The notes beneath the pieces are model-generated. The model searched no databases, was not told the DNA's origin, and saw only the letters and a program-made list of their open reading frames with translations. DNA of 62,367 bases from Leptospiraceae bacterium (GTDB lineage Bacteria > Spirochaetota > Leptospiria > Leptospirales > Leptospiraceae): the NCBI GenBank assembly GCA_035345895.1, contig DAORDI010000001.1, positions 1,726-64,092 of the forward strand, read 5' to 3'. Positions 43,504-53,696 of the stretch are shown piece after piece. The translations under genes and the position numbers were made by a program. Within the stretch, counting starts at the first letter, position 1. Every line of letters begins with the position of its first letter.

Positions 43504-46125
43504 ATGCTGAATTATTTTAACCTGTATATATTATCTAAAAGACTGATGGATTTCCTTTTTTGGCCGGGACTTCTGGTTCTATTCTGCACTTCTGTTTTTT
43601 CGGAGGAAGTGACTGTCGGCATTCAGGCTGTGTCCGGGGAAAGGATCGAAATCCTGAATACAGACAGCAATTCAACATGGTGGATTTCGGATCGAGACCA
43701 TGATCCCAAAGTATTCTCAGAAGAGCTTCTGTCAGATCCCGGAAGACTCAGTCGTATTTCTGAGTCAGGCTTTATTCCTGCTCCTGTTCCTGCATCAGTC
43801 AGCAATGTAAAAAACTTTCCAAAAGATACAATGTCAGCCTGGTATGCAAAGATTCTTTTTTTAAAAAAGGATAGCCCCGGACATCTTGCACTGGAACTGG
43901 GACTGATTGACGACTCTGACATCACTTACTTCAACGGAGTGAAGATCGGTGAAACTGGAAATCTTTCTTCCAAATCTGCAATCGGTTACGACAGGCAGAG
44001 GATTTATGAAATTCCAGATTCTCTTCTGAGAAAGAACGGAGCAAATATTATACTGATTCAGGTCAGAGGATATTTTCCGGGAGAATGGGGTATGTCCAGA
44101 GGAAGAACAGCTGTCGGACCTGCCAAATTGCTATACAGTGAATATTATAAAACGAATTACGTTGAGCTTCTCTTTTTGACAGTTTACTTTACGATGGGGA
44201 CCTATTTTATATTTCTCTTTATGCGAAGACGCGCGGAGCTCGAAAATCTTCTCTTTGGACTGTTTTCATACGATCTGGTCATATATTCATTCTTGAAGAC
44301 GCAGTTCCGTTTTGAATTCGGATGGGATTTTCTGACGGCAAAGAGGATCGAATATTTCTGTCTTTACACGGCCGTTCCGGCATTCTATTACTTCCTGCGT
44401 CTGTCTTTCCCGTTTTCCAGATCAAAACGGATGAAAATCTGGGACTGGCTTACTGCAATCATATGTATACTTATTTTGGGATGCATCCTCATTGTAATGA
44501 TGACGGGAGAAGTGACACTCTGGTGGAATATACAGAAATACTTTGTTCAGCCTCTCTGGCTTCCTCTGCTTCTGGGCTCTGCCGGTCTTCTTGTCCTTCA
44601 AAGAATAAGAGGCAGCAGGGATGCCGGTTATATGCTCATCGGTTTTTCGTTTCCTCTGGCTGGCGTAACGGCAGATATTCTTTCCAGCAGAGGGGTGATT
44701 GTATTTCCTCCTGTGCTCGCCTATTCATTTCTGTTTTTTGTTCTGAGCATAGGACTTGTGCTTGCCAACCGTTTTGTACGTCTTAATGAAGAAATAGAAG
44801 ATTTAAACCAGAATCTGGAACAGAAAATAGAGAACAGAACCGTTGAGCTGCAGGAATCATTAAATCAGGTGCGTACCCTGAAAGAACAGCAGGACGGAGA
44901 TTATTTTCTCACATCACTCCTTCTGGATCCGCTTTCAGGAAATCATTCCAAATCGGAAAATTTCAGCATAAGCATTCATGTCAGACAGAAGAAGGTGTTC
45001 TCCTTTAAAAAATGGAATGCATCCATCGGAGGAGATATCTGCATTGTTCATTCAGTCAGACTGAAAAATAAGCCTTTCATAATTTTCCTGAACGGTGATG
45101 CGATGGGCAAGTCCATACAGGGTGCCGGAGGAGCACTTGTGCTTGGAACTGTATTCAACGCAGTCGTGAAACGCACAAGAATGAATTCCGGAGCGGCTGA
45201 CCGTTATCCGGAACATTGGCTGAAAGAATGTTTCCATGAACTGCAGAGTGTATTCATATCCTTTAACGGTACTATGCTCGCATCCGCATTTATAGGATTA
45301 GCGGATGAGGAAAACGGAGCACTATATTATCTGAACGCAGAGCATCCTGAACCGGTACTGTTCCGTGACGGAAAGGCAAATTTTCTGGATGCAGAAAAAC
45401 CCCTTCATAAGCTGGGTGTAGATCTGGAACACGGTCCGCTTCGAATAAGGCTTTTCCAGATGGAACCGTATGACACACTTATTGTAGGATCGGATGGACG
45501 TGATGATCTGGACATAGGAATGAATGAAAGCGGACAGAGAGTCATCAATGAAGATGAAACATTATTCCTGCAGTGCGTAGAAAAAGGCAACGGACAGCTT
45601 GCTGATATCGAAAAGGAACTGCTTGTCTGCGGAAAACTGACCGACGATTTTTCTCTGATCAGAGTCGGATTCAGCAGGCATAATTCTGGGTCCAGGATTT
45701 CCGGCGGGCATCATTATTCCGCTGAATCAAAATCAGTAAGAAAAAGGATTCAGCAGAATTTAATTGCGAAAAAATATCAGGAGGCTGCCGAACTGATTGA
45801 CGGACATATTGCAGAATACCCTCTCGATACAGTCTGTCTTTACTGGGGAATGCTGGCCTATAAAGGCATTTGGAGGCAGACCGGCGCAAAGGATACATTG
45901 CGGCTTGCAATTGATTACGGGGAAAGATGCAGAGTCAGAACCCCTGAAAATCTGAATAATCTGATCAGCCTTTCTGATGCATATCTGCTCTCTGGAAATT
46001 CAGAAAAAGCCCTGCATACTGCCGAAAATGCAAAATTGACTGCACCGGACGATTCAAGAGTCAGTCAGCTGTTTGAAAGACTGAATCCTCAGAACGGTTC
46101 CATCGAAAATACAGGAGAATTATAA
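43504..46125 (+). CDS. 7TM-DISM receptor - PP2C/SpoIIE phosphatase - TPR protein (paralog 3)
   Basis: 873 aa. Same architecture and motifs as paralog 2 (QQDGDYFLTSLL, GGDIC, NGDAMGKSIQGAGGA, VGSDGRDD). TPR-like tail. Confidence 0.85.
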   Translation: MLNYFNLYILSKRLMDFLFWPGLLVLFCTSVFSEEVTVGIQAVSGERIEILNTDSNSTWWISDRDHDPKVFSEELLSDPGRLSRISESGFIPAPVPASVSNVKNFPKDTMSAWYAKILFLKKDSPGHLALELGLIDDSDITYFNGVKIGETGNLSSKSAIGYDRQRIYEIPDSLLRKNGANIILIQVRGYFPGEWGMSRGRTAVGPAKLLYSEYYKTNYVELLFLTVYFTMGTYFIFLFMRRRAELENLLFGLFSYDLVIYSFLKTQFRFEFGWDFLTAKRIEYFCLYTAVPAFYYFLRLSFPFSRSKRMKIWDWLTAIICILILGCILIVMMTGEVTLWWNIQKYFVQPLWLPLLLGSAGLLVLQRIRGSRDAGYMLIGFSFPLAGVTADILSSRGVIVFPPVLAYSFLFFVLSIGLVLANRFVRLNEEIEDLNQNLEQKIENRTVELQESLNQVRTLKEQQDGDYFLTSLLLDPLSGNHSKSENFSISIHVRQKKVFSFKKWNASIGGDICIVHSVRLKNKPFIIFLNGDAMGKSIQGAGGALVLGTVFNAVVKRTRMNSGAADRYPEHWLKECFHELQSVFISFNGTMLASAFIGLADEENGALYYLNAEHPEPVLFRDGKANFLDAEKPLHKLGVDLEHGPLRIRLFQMEPYDTLIVGSDGRDDLDIGMNESGQRVINEDETLFLQCVEKGNGQLADIEKELLVCGKLTDDFSLIRVGFSRHNSGSRISGGHHYSAESKSVRKRIQQNLIAKKYQEAAELIDGHIAEYPLDTVCLYWGMLAYKGIWRQTGAKDTLRLAIDYGERCRVRTPENLNNLISLSDAYLLSGNSEKALHTAENAKLTAPDDSRVSQLFERLNPQNGSIENTGEL

Positions 46126-46240
46126 ACTCAGGATTGTCCGGGCATTGACTTCACTATCTTATTCTGAGACTTGATTATGCTTGTGCTCAGTAATATTCAA
46201 AAAATCTAATACAGCGTGTGCCTGCAATCGGGAGGCTGTC

Positions 46241-48322
46241 ATGAGAGTTATTTTAGTCATTGTTTTATCTTTTCTAAGTTCAATTTCCGTCCACTCTGAA
46301 GAAAAAGAAGTCAGAATCATCAGCTTAACCGAGGACTGCAGTTCAGGCAAATGCGTTCCAAATCCCTGGTGGGTCAGAAACTCCGCCCTGGAAAACTATT
46401 CAATTGATTCGTTTCATCCCGATGAAAACTGGAAAAAGGCTGACAAATTTCCTCTCTGGATGAACAAATTCTTTCAAAATAATGATAATCTGCATACATA
46501 TACTCTTGCGTCGTATTTCTCGGTTCCTTCCAATATGACTTCCACAGTGAAAAGTCTGGGGATCGGTTTCGGAGAAATCGGTGAAGTATTTGAAGTGTTT
46601 ATCAACGGTCATTCGGTTCATTCTGAAGGGCTAGTAAAAAACGGAAAAATTGTATATCACAGAACAGTGAGAGGGGTCGTTTACGAGGTTCCGAAGGAAT
46701 TTCTGAAAGAAGGAAAAAATCTTCTGATTCTCAAAATCACCGGAGATCCGAGATTTGATCATACAGGACTATATCTGATAAATGGATATGAATTCGGGTT
46801 TTATAATGATCTGGTCTATAAAAACAGAGATTTTATCAGCGTCATTCTTTGTTCGATATATCTGGTAGTCGGGATTTATCACCTCTTTCTGTTCGCCAAA
46901 AGAAAGAAGGACAGAAACAATTTCCTTTTCGGATATTGGTCGCTTTCTACCGGCATCTATGTATACACGCGGACAAATCTCATTTTTGAGAACAGCTGGG
47001 ATACACAGATTATTCAGAGAACTGAGCTGATAGTGCTGTATTCTCTTATGGTAGCAGTAGTAGCCTTTTTCGAAGAATTCTTTTTTCAGAAGATAAGCAG
47101 AAAAATTTTCGGATACCTTATATTTTCAGCTGTTCTAGTTTTGCCCACTCTCTTTGTTCCGATGTTCATTGCTGAGTTCATTCTGCGCCTCTGGCAGATC
47201 AGTGCACTTTTCTTTGCAGTCCCTGTAATGATTATTGCAAACGCAAAAGCAATCAGAAAAAGAATTCCTTCAGGAAAAACAATCCTTCTTGCATTCACTG
47301 TAACAATAACAACAGCTGTCTTCGACATACTGGACTCCCTGATTATGAATACAGGATATGGATTTACTAAATACTCTTTCTTTCTGTTCATAATGACTCT
47401 TATGCTGATCCTCGCCAGAAAGTTTGTGGAACTTCACAACCGAACTGAGGAACTGAATCTGAACCTTGAACACAAGGTGGAGGAAAGAACTAAAGAACTG
47501 AAAAACACACTTCAGACTGTAAACGATCTGAAAGTGCAGCAGGACGGAGACTACTTCCTTACATCTCTTATCACTGAACCTCTGGGTCTGAATATGAATA
47601 AATCTATTATCATTAAAACTGATATGTATATATCCCAGAAAAAAAAGTTTGAATTCAGGAAAAGAAGGGGAGAGCTGGGAGGCGATATCTGCGTCACAGG
47701 AAATCTCAGATTCGGAACAATGGAAAACAGGTATGTAATGTTCTTCAACGGCGATGCAATGGGAAAATCAATGCAGGGGGCGGGGGGAGCCATTGTTGCC
47801 GGTACAGTCGTAAACAATATTATGAGCAAGTCTGCCAGAAACAACAGGGTGCTTACTGAAGTGACTCCTGAAAAATGGCTGAAAGCCACATTCAATGAAC
47901 TGGACAATGCATTCAGAACGTTCAACGGATCGATGCTGGTTTCAGGGGTAATGGGGCTCATTTCAGAACAGACAGGCGAACTTCTGTATTTCAATGCAGA
48001 ACATCCGTATCTCGTCCTCTACAGAGACGGAATCGCTGATTTCATTGATAAGGAAATATATCTGAGAAAACTGGGAACTGAGCTGATTGAAAAATTTACA
48101 ATCATCCGTTTTCAGCTTCTGCCGGGAGATGTTCTGTTTGCCGGATCAGACGGAAAGGACGACATCAAGATGGGAGAACATAAGGATATGAATGAGGATG
48201 AAAGACTTTTTCTCAGACAGGTGGAAAAGTCGCGCGGTGAGCTGGAAATTCTTTCCAGAATGATCCATAATTCAGGAGAAATAGCAGATGACCTTTCTCT
48301 TCTCAAAATCAGTTATCAATAG
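46241..48322 (+). CDS. 7TM-DISM receptor - PP2C/SpoIIE phosphatase (paralog 4, no TPR tail)
   Basis: ORF from 46181. ATG 46241 is preceded by ggagg and gives the signal peptide MRVILVIVLSFLSSISVHS. Motifs QQDGDYFLTSLI, GGDIC, NGDAMGKSMQGAGGA, AGSDGKDD. Ends right after the PP2C domain. Confidence 0.85.
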   Translation: MRVILVIVLSFLSSISVHSEEKEVRIISLTEDCSSGKCVPNPWWVRNSALENYSIDSFHPDENWKKADKFPLWMNKFFQNNDNLHTYTLASYFSVPSNMTSTVKSLGIGFGEIGEVFEVFINGHSVHSEGLVKNGKIVYHRTVRGVVYEVPKEFLKEGKNLLILKITGDPRFDHTGLYLINGYEFGFYNDLVYKNRDFISVILCSIYLVVGIYHLFLFAKRKKDRNNFLFGYWSLSTGIYVYTRTNLIFENSWDTQIIQRTELIVLYSLMVAVVAFFEEFFFQKISRKIFGYLIFSAVLVLPTLFVPMFIAEFILRLWQISALFFAVPVMIIANAKAIRKRIPSGKTILLAFTVTITTAVFDILDSLIMNTGYGFTKYSFFLFIMTLMLILARKFVELHNRTEELNLNLEHKVEERTKELKNTLQTVNDLKVQQDGDYFLTSLITEPLGLNMNKSIIIKTDMYISQKKKFEFRKRRGELGGDICVTGNLRFGTMENRYVMFFNGDAMGKSMQGAGGAIVAGTVVNNIMSKSARNNRVLTEVTPEKWLKATFNELDNAFRTFNGSMLVSGVMGLISEQTGELLYFNAEHPYLVLYRDGIADFIDKEIYLRKLGTELIEKFTIIRFQLLPGDVLFAGSDGKDDIKMGEHKDMNEDERLFLRQVEKSRGELEILSRMIHNSGEIADDLSLLKISYQ

Positions 48323-48324
48323 AC

Positions 48325-48532
48325 TTGTTGAAAAAATCAAGAAATTATCTTTCATCCGAAGCTAAATAGGGATTTAGGCAGTTTCAGATTTTGCCGAGCC
48401 AGCTTCCACGCTAGCGAAACCTCCGGTAGGATTAACTCAGCAGCGGCTCTCAAGTTTGCGCGCGTAAGCGAGCTGCAGGTTTTTTAGAAAAATTAAAAAT
48501 GGAGTTGTTGAAACTAATTTTTCAACAACTCT
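48325..48532 (+). mobile_element. MITE-like element, family B, copy B2
   Basis: Same termini and interior as B1, with an internal insertion of roughly 28 bp (gcagtttcagattttgccgagccagcttccac). Begins 3 bp after the stop of the 46241 gene. Confidence 0.7.
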
Positions 48533-48695
48533 AATAACAGAGTTCAAACAATGTTTCAGTTGACTGTCAGGACTCAAATAAAATTCTGAGTAACTGAGAG
48601 CCAGTCTCGAATAAATGCAAACCGTTCGGCCTCATTTTTCTGTACTGCAAATTTAAAAATAAAGGAACCGACAATCGTTCGGGTAAAGACTTGAA

Positions 48696-49142
48696 ATGAA
48701 ATACAGTGTTGAGATAGAAATCAATTTACCGATTGCCAGAGTCATAGAACTTTTTGATAATCCAGATAATTTACAGAAATGGCAGCCGGGACTGCTGAGT
48801 TTCGAGCATCTCAGCGGAACGCCGGGTCAGCCGGGCGCCAAATCCAGACTTACATTCAGGATGGGAAGGGGCAAAATGATAATGACTGAGACAGTAACTG
48901 TCCGCAATCTTCCGGACGAATTCAGCGGAACGTATGAAGTAAAAAACGTATTCAACATAGTAAAGAACAGGTTTATTGCACTTTCAGAAAATAAGACAAA
49001 GTATATTTCAGAGAGTGAATTCCAGTTTAAAGGCTTTATGAGAATTATAGCATTCTTTATGCCTGGAGCATTTAAGAAGCAGTCCCAAAAATACCTGCAG
49101 CTGTTCAAGGAATTTGCAGAGAAAGAGGGAATGGCAAAATAA
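48696..49142 (+). CDS. SRPBCC (START/polyketide cyclase-like) family protein
   Basis: 148 aa. IEINLPIARVIELFDNPDNLQKWQPGL pattern typical of the SRPBCC family. Confidence 0.65.
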   Translation: MKYSVEIEINLPIARVIELFDNPDNLQKWQPGLLSFEHLSGTPGQPGAKSRLTFRMGRGKMIMTETVTVRNLPDEFSGTYEVKNVFNIVKNRFIALSENKTKYISESEFQFKGFMRIIAFFMPGAFKKQSQKYLQLFKEFAEKEGMAK

Positions 49143-49541
49143 CGGCAGACATTTCATTTAAACAGAAGTCATACTTTCTGAAATCTCTAAATTGACACTG
49201 ACAACATTGGAGACAGCTGCCTGCAGTTTTTACTGCTTTGGTATCCCTGCTGGAACTGCCGAAATTTGTGGAAGTTTCCTTTAACCCTCAGATGCACCTG
49301 CCTGTCAAAAAAGACAGGTTTAACTGAAAAAGGAAATGCAGACTTGGATCTTTTTTCTCATTTTTGGAAAATTCCGCAGGCGCGGTTATCTCAGCAAAAC
49401 GCATTAAAAATCGGCTATTCTATCGGCAAAAAAATGAAAGAAAAAGCAGAGAAAATTATGGGTGCATTGAATAAATCGCTTGTATTTCTGGTGTTTGATA
49501 TTAATTTTGTACTGATTTTTGGTAAATCAAGGAATGAAAAA

Positions 49542-50201
49542 ATGAAACTCAAAGCACTTATACTGCTTCTTACTCTCTGCACATCAGTTTATGCTACAGA
49601 TACAGCTACAGTAATCAACGCTGACGGAACTGTAAAAATTGAACCTCTCAGCAAAGAAAAAGAAAGAGTAATGGAAGCTCTGAAAAATGACATCAAATTC
49701 TTCCATGAAAAACTCGGCGGGATCATGGCATTTATCGCTAAAAATAAAAAAGAAATGATTCAGAAAGAAAAGTTTTCCAGGAGAGAATTGGCTTATATTA
49801 AACATGAGACAGGCGAGCAGTTTACTTTCGTGATGAACCAGACTACGGAAATTCAGGTTGCAGGCGAGAAAATTTCCGGAATAAAATTTGTTTTTCGCAA
49901 AGGATCAATGAGACCTCAGGAAGATACAAATACTGTCATCAAGGAACTTTTTAATCCTTTCTCTGACGATCCAAAATCCATCAAAATGACTGTTTTTCAT
50001 TTCCCTCCAGCACATAAATTGGCAAACCCAATTGGGACTTATGGAATTGATGACGTCCAGAACCACCTCGATAAACTGGAACTGGTCAGACAATACAAAG
50101 AAAATGTCAGAAGAACTGTAAGAGACTTGGAACAGCTGATCGAACATGACTTTACTCAGAAAGGTATGGTTATCTGGAAATCTCTGAACGAGTTTAACTG
50201 A
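49542..50201 (+). CDS. Hypothetical secreted protein
   Basis: ORF from 49266. ATG 49542 follows aagga and gives the signal peptide MKLKALILLLTLCTSVYA. Confidence 0.55.
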   Translation: MKLKALILLLTLCTSVYATDTATVINADGTVKIEPLSKEKERVMEALKNDIKFFHEKLGGIMAFIAKNKKEMIQKEKFSRRELAYIKHETGEQFTFVMNQTTEIQVAGEKISGIKFVFRKGSMRPQEDTNTVIKELFNPFSDDPKSIKMTVFHFPPAHKLANPIGTYGIDDVQNHLDKLELVRQYKENVRRTVRDLEQLIEHDFTQKGMVIWKSLNEFN

Positions 50202-50242
50202 AATAAATCTTCGGGCAGAGTTCTCTGCCCGACAAAATATCT

Positions 50243-50584
50243 ATGATGAATTTTACTCATGAAATAATCAATGATTTCCATATATTTAAAGTAACAGGCA
50301 GTCTGGATATCTATACTGCCGTTGATCTAAAATCATCCATTGAAGAAGCAATAAAAGATCCCCATTCCAAACTTGCAGTTCATATGCAGAATATCAAATA
50401 TATAGATTCATCTGGAATCGGGGCACTCATAAAACTGTACAATTATATGAAAAACTTGAACGGAGTTTTTTATCTGGTAGAAGTTCCAGCTCCTCAGGAA
50501 AAGGTATTTAAGGTATCCGGTCTCCTGAATTATTTTAAGTTTCTATCGGAGAAAGATTTTGCAGCCCTCATTGGTTCAGCGTGA
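50243..50584 (+). CDS. STAS-domain anti-sigma-factor antagonist (SpoIIAA/RsbV-like)
   Basis: 113 aa. FKVTGSLDIYTAVDLK and the phosphorylatable-serine motif IDSSGIGALIKL. Confidence 0.8.
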   Translation: MMNFTHEIINDFHIFKVTGSLDIYTAVDLKSSIEEAIKDPHSKLAVHMQNIKYIDSSGIGALIKLYNYMKNLNGVFYLVEVPAPQEKVFKVSGLLNYFKFLSEKDFAALIGSA

Positions 50585-51413
50585 TCCTTTTGAAATCATA
50601 GCTGATATCATTTCAGAAATCAAATCACAGGCCAGGGAAGACTGGTATCTGGAACATACTAGAATTATAGAAATACTCGGAATAAAAAAAGAAGACTATT
50701 ACAGAATATTTTACAGCCTAAAGGATGCAGGATTCAATCTCACTGCAATGAAAGGTTTTTCAAATGAAGAAGTCATTCATCTGATTCATCTGATCGATAA
50801 GGTTCTGGATATCGGTTTCACTGACAAAGAATTTGAAAGAAGAGGAATTTGCTTTTCTGATGAATTTGAAGAAGAGCTTCTGACTTATTTCATTGATTCC
50901 ATAGAGAAAATATTTCAGCTTCATAAACTGGACAAGGAACTTCTGATGCTGCTGGCGTCCTCCACAAAAGAATTCAATGATGCATTTGATTCTTATTTTG
51001 AAGACAAATTTGCGATGGAGTTTATCATTTCCAGAACTGTTGATTCTTTCCTTGAAAAAAAGGAAATTGAAGCGGATATCTATGCGGAAAATATTCTCAA
51101 AAATTTTCTGAACGTAAAGAGCAAGATCAGAAATGACAGGCTTCGTTCAATCAAAACGGAATACAGAGACAGGTTTTATTTTGAACTGTACGGACGTGAA
51201 AGAAAGGTCAGAAGGGCTGTTTCAGTCCTGACACCGGAACAGAGGGTACTTTATAATTATTTCGGTCTTCAGGCAGATCACGGAAAAAAAGAACTCAAGA
51301 AAAAATACAAAGAGCTTCTGAAGCAGTACCATCCCGACATCAACAAAAGCGGACTCGCAAAAACCAAAGAGATCATAGAAAATTACAATAAGCTCAATGC
51401 GATGATGGGATAG
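50559..51413 (+). CDS. Protein with C-terminal J (DnaJ) domain
   Basis: 284 aa. Start uncertain: TTG at 50559 overlaps the STAS gene by 26 bp, and there is no nearby in-frame ATG. C-terminus KKELKKKYKELLKQYHPDINKSG carries the HPD motif. Confidence 0.6.
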   Translation: MQPSLVQRDPFEIIADIISEIKSQAREDWYLEHTRIIEILGIKKEDYYRIFYSLKDAGFNLTAMKGFSNEEVIHLIHLIDKVLDIGFTDKEFERRGICFSDEFEEELLTYFIDSIEKIFQLHKLDKELLMLLASSTKEFNDAFDSYFEDKFAMEFIISRTVDSFLEKKEIEADIYAENILKNFLNVKSKIRNDRLRSIKTEYRDRFYFELYGRERKVRRAVSVLTPEQRVLYNYFGLQADHGKKELKKKYKELLKQYHPDINKSGLAKTKEIIENYNKLNAMMG

Positions 51414-51471
51414 TTTTTCCGATATTTCAGAAATCTGACCCATTGAAACTGTTTTTACAGTCAAATGAAAT

Positions 51472-52041
51472 ATGAAAAGAAGCAATGTTTCCGTATTCAT
51501 CTGCCTCTTCCTGCTGTATTTCTGTCAAACTCAGTCAGGAAATCAGAGTAATTTCTCAAAACTGGAACGTTCATTCCAAAGGAATAAAATCAGAGGATTT
51601 ATTCTGGAAAGAGCTGACTGGATGGCTGCTGGAAAATACCTGGGGGGATGCGTCGGTTATGAGTGTGAGCAGCCGGATGAATCTGTCCAATACACATTTA
51701 TTTCTCAGTTTGCAAAATCCGAGGAACTGAATGAATTATTGTATCATCCTTCCGGCTTGGTCAGATGTTATGCATTGGACGCTCTTATGGAGAAAGGTAA
51801 GTTTAATTACTATCAAGTCTTAAAAGAAAAACTGTCTGACGAATCTGAAGTTCTGGAAGCACATGGCTGCGAAGTATTCCCTATCAAAGTAAGAGACTAT
51901 TATTATAACAGACTTTCGGATAAGATTTCCAAATCTGAAAAAAAAGAAATAGATTTGCTGATTCTGAATTCCAGGAACAGTCTTGATGTTAAAAAATCTC
52001 TGTCTGAAGAAAAACATAAACCAGCGGGCAGAAAAAAATAA
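51472..52041 (+). CDS. Hypothetical secreted protein (one HEAT-like segment)
   Basis: 189 aa. Signal-like N-terminus VSVFICLFLLYFC. HPSGLVRCYALDALMEKG is HEAT-like. Confidence 0.45.
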   Translation: MKRSNVSVFICLFLLYFCQTQSGNQSNFSKLERSFQRNKIRGFILERADWMAAGKYLGGCVGYECEQPDESVQYTFISQFAKSEELNELLYHPSGLVRCYALDALMEKGKFNYYQVLKEKLSDESEVLEAHGCEVFPIKVRDYYYNRLSDKISKSEKKEIDLLILNSRNSLDVKKSLSEEKHKPAGRKK

Positions 52042-52154
52042 GAATCATCAGAGAGGATAAATGTCGATATTCAGAACAGCTGAGTCTGCTTCATTGAAGA
52101 ATGGTCTGATTTTTTGCTGAACAGAGCAGATTTTGGAATCAGAGGAGCGAAAAT

Positions 52155-52637
52155 TTGTTATATCCGAATATCAGAAGACTGCAGGAAGCGGAAACTTTAC
52201 TTGCGGAGGGACTGGGACTGATTTCGCTCAGACCCGGCCATCATATCATTGACGGAAAAAAAGCAGAGGTTTCCAGAATCTGGTGCTGTGCATTTGATTA
52301 TTCTGCATCCAGACTTCCTGTCGTCAGTGTAGCCACTCTGAAAATGGATAAAACGGACAGCACTCTTTACAGGTCTGCACTGGTCTATGAACAGGATGAG
52401 ATTGCAGAAAAGGCTCATTCGAAGAACCTTCCTTCTGATCCTTTGGAATGGTTTTTTCATGATCCTATCATTATAGATGCCGCCAAATCCGGCGGTCTTG
52501 ACGGAGTCAGAATTGATCTGTTTATCGCAGATTTTTTCGGTCCTACCTTCAATATTTCCTTTGACAATGCCGCCGACTTTCATCTGAAAAAACTTCAGAG
52601 CACCCTGCTGGATTTCCTGAACAGCTACGGAAATTAA
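52155..52637 (+). CDS. Hypothetical protein
   Basis: 160-aa ORF, TTG start. No family recognised. Confidence 0.4.
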   Translation: MLYPNIRRLQEAETLLAEGLGLISLRPGHHIIDGKKAEVSRIWCCAFDYSASRLPVVSVATLKMDKTDSTLYRSALVYEQDEIAEKAHSKNLPSDPLEWFFHDPIIIDAAKSGGLDGVRIDLFIADFFGPTFNISFDNAADFHLKKLQSTLLDFLNSYGN

Positions 52638-52670
52638 ACATACTCAGTATGGGGAAGAAAAACGAATTAT

Positions 52671-52810
52671 GAAAACAGCAGCCTCCATGCTTGCAGGATT
52701 CCTTGCCAGCTTCTAAACCGGCAGTCATCTTGAATGAAGCTTGGAGAGGATAAAGCCCTTGGCAGTTTCAAAGCTTGCAAAAGCACCTTCGTAAGGTGAA
52801 TTATAAGCGA
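52671..52810 (+). repeat. Half-copy of family A (A1 orientation)
   Basis: gaaaacagcagcctccatgcttgcaggattccttgccagcttctaaaccggcag ... ttcgtaaggtgaattataag parallels the A1 right half aaaatagcagcttccgcgcttgcgggagttcagccagcttctaaatgttggcag ... ggcgcaaggtgagttaatcag. Confidence 0.55.
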
Positions 52811-52910
52811 AGCATTTCAGAGAAACGCTCAACTGAACAGGGTTTTTTATTCGGAAAAGATAAAATACTCGACATTAATCCGAGACCTGACAGAATTTGG
52901 ATCAGCATAT

Positions 52911-53696
52911 ATGCAATCTGGAATCATAATTCTAAGAGACATTCCAAAAGAAGAAGTCAAGATAGATCTTGCCAGATTCTCCATTCAGGGAGGGTTCAGA
53001 GGCATCAGTGAAGTCCCGACTGGTCCGCACTATGTCAGTGTACGATCTGCCGGAAATCACCACGGTTTCTGGTGCTATGTGCATCCCGGTCAGGTGATCG
53101 TAAAACTCTTTGATTCAGAACAGAATGAATTTATGGAAGACCTTCCTGAATCGGCTGCCCATTTTACCAGACTTGCAAAAGGCGGGTCGATGTCTCACGT
53201 TCTGCGGCCTTATCCGGATCAGTTTTTTGCTCCTTGGTTTTCTCTGACAAAACATCTGAAAGAGGAAAATTTTCCCCCGAAAATATATGAGTCTGATATG
53301 CTTTTAAGTTCGCGATTCGATTCTGCATTTAAGGGTACTCACGGTGCCGACCCGGACAATTTTATGGAAGAGTTTCAGTATGCTTTTCTGAGCTGGATTG
53401 TAAGTGCAGATACAAAAGACAAGAACGAAAGAGCGTTCCTCAGATGGAGACATCTGCTGCTTTCCATTTACAATGCAGGTGACAGGAATATTTCAGACTA
53501 TCCTGAACTTTTTGAAAGAATCGCCGAATGTATGCTCGTACAGTTTGACAGGCTCGCAGATGATTTTTTCGGTGAGGGTTCATTTCTCACTGAACAGATT
53601 GATTATCTTCTGGAGGATATGGCAGAATGCAGGGATCCGGAAGTGGCATCCAAGTCATCCGAACTGCGTCTTTACATCAATATGAGAAAGAAGTGA
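52911..53696 (+). CDS. AAR2-like protein (resembles eukaryotic U5 snRNP assembly factor Aar2)
   Basis: 261 aa. Three segments parallel yeast Aar2p and human AAR2 as I recall them. KIDLARFSIQGGFRGISEVPTGPHYVSVRS...HGFWCYVHPGQVIVKLFD matches yeast IGIDQYSFNV...FHGIKDIPIGHVHVIHF...YGYWFDCRMGNFYIQYD. RPYPDQFFAPWFSLTKHL matches human GPYPYATLKKWISLTNFI. EEFQYAFLSWIV...LRWRHLL matches ELQFAFL...W..LL. Confidence 0.55.
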   Translation: MQSGIIILRDIPKEEVKIDLARFSIQGGFRGISEVPTGPHYVSVRSAGNHHGFWCYVHPGQVIVKLFDSEQNEFMEDLPESAAHFTRLAKGGSMSHVLRPYPDQFFAPWFSLTKHLKEENFPPKIYESDMLLSSRFDSAFKGTHGADPDNFMEEFQYAFLSWIVSADTKDKNERAFLRWRHLLLSIYNAGDRNISDYPELFERIAECMLVQFDRLADDFFGEGSFLTEQIDYLLEDMAECRDPEVASKSSELRLYINMRKK

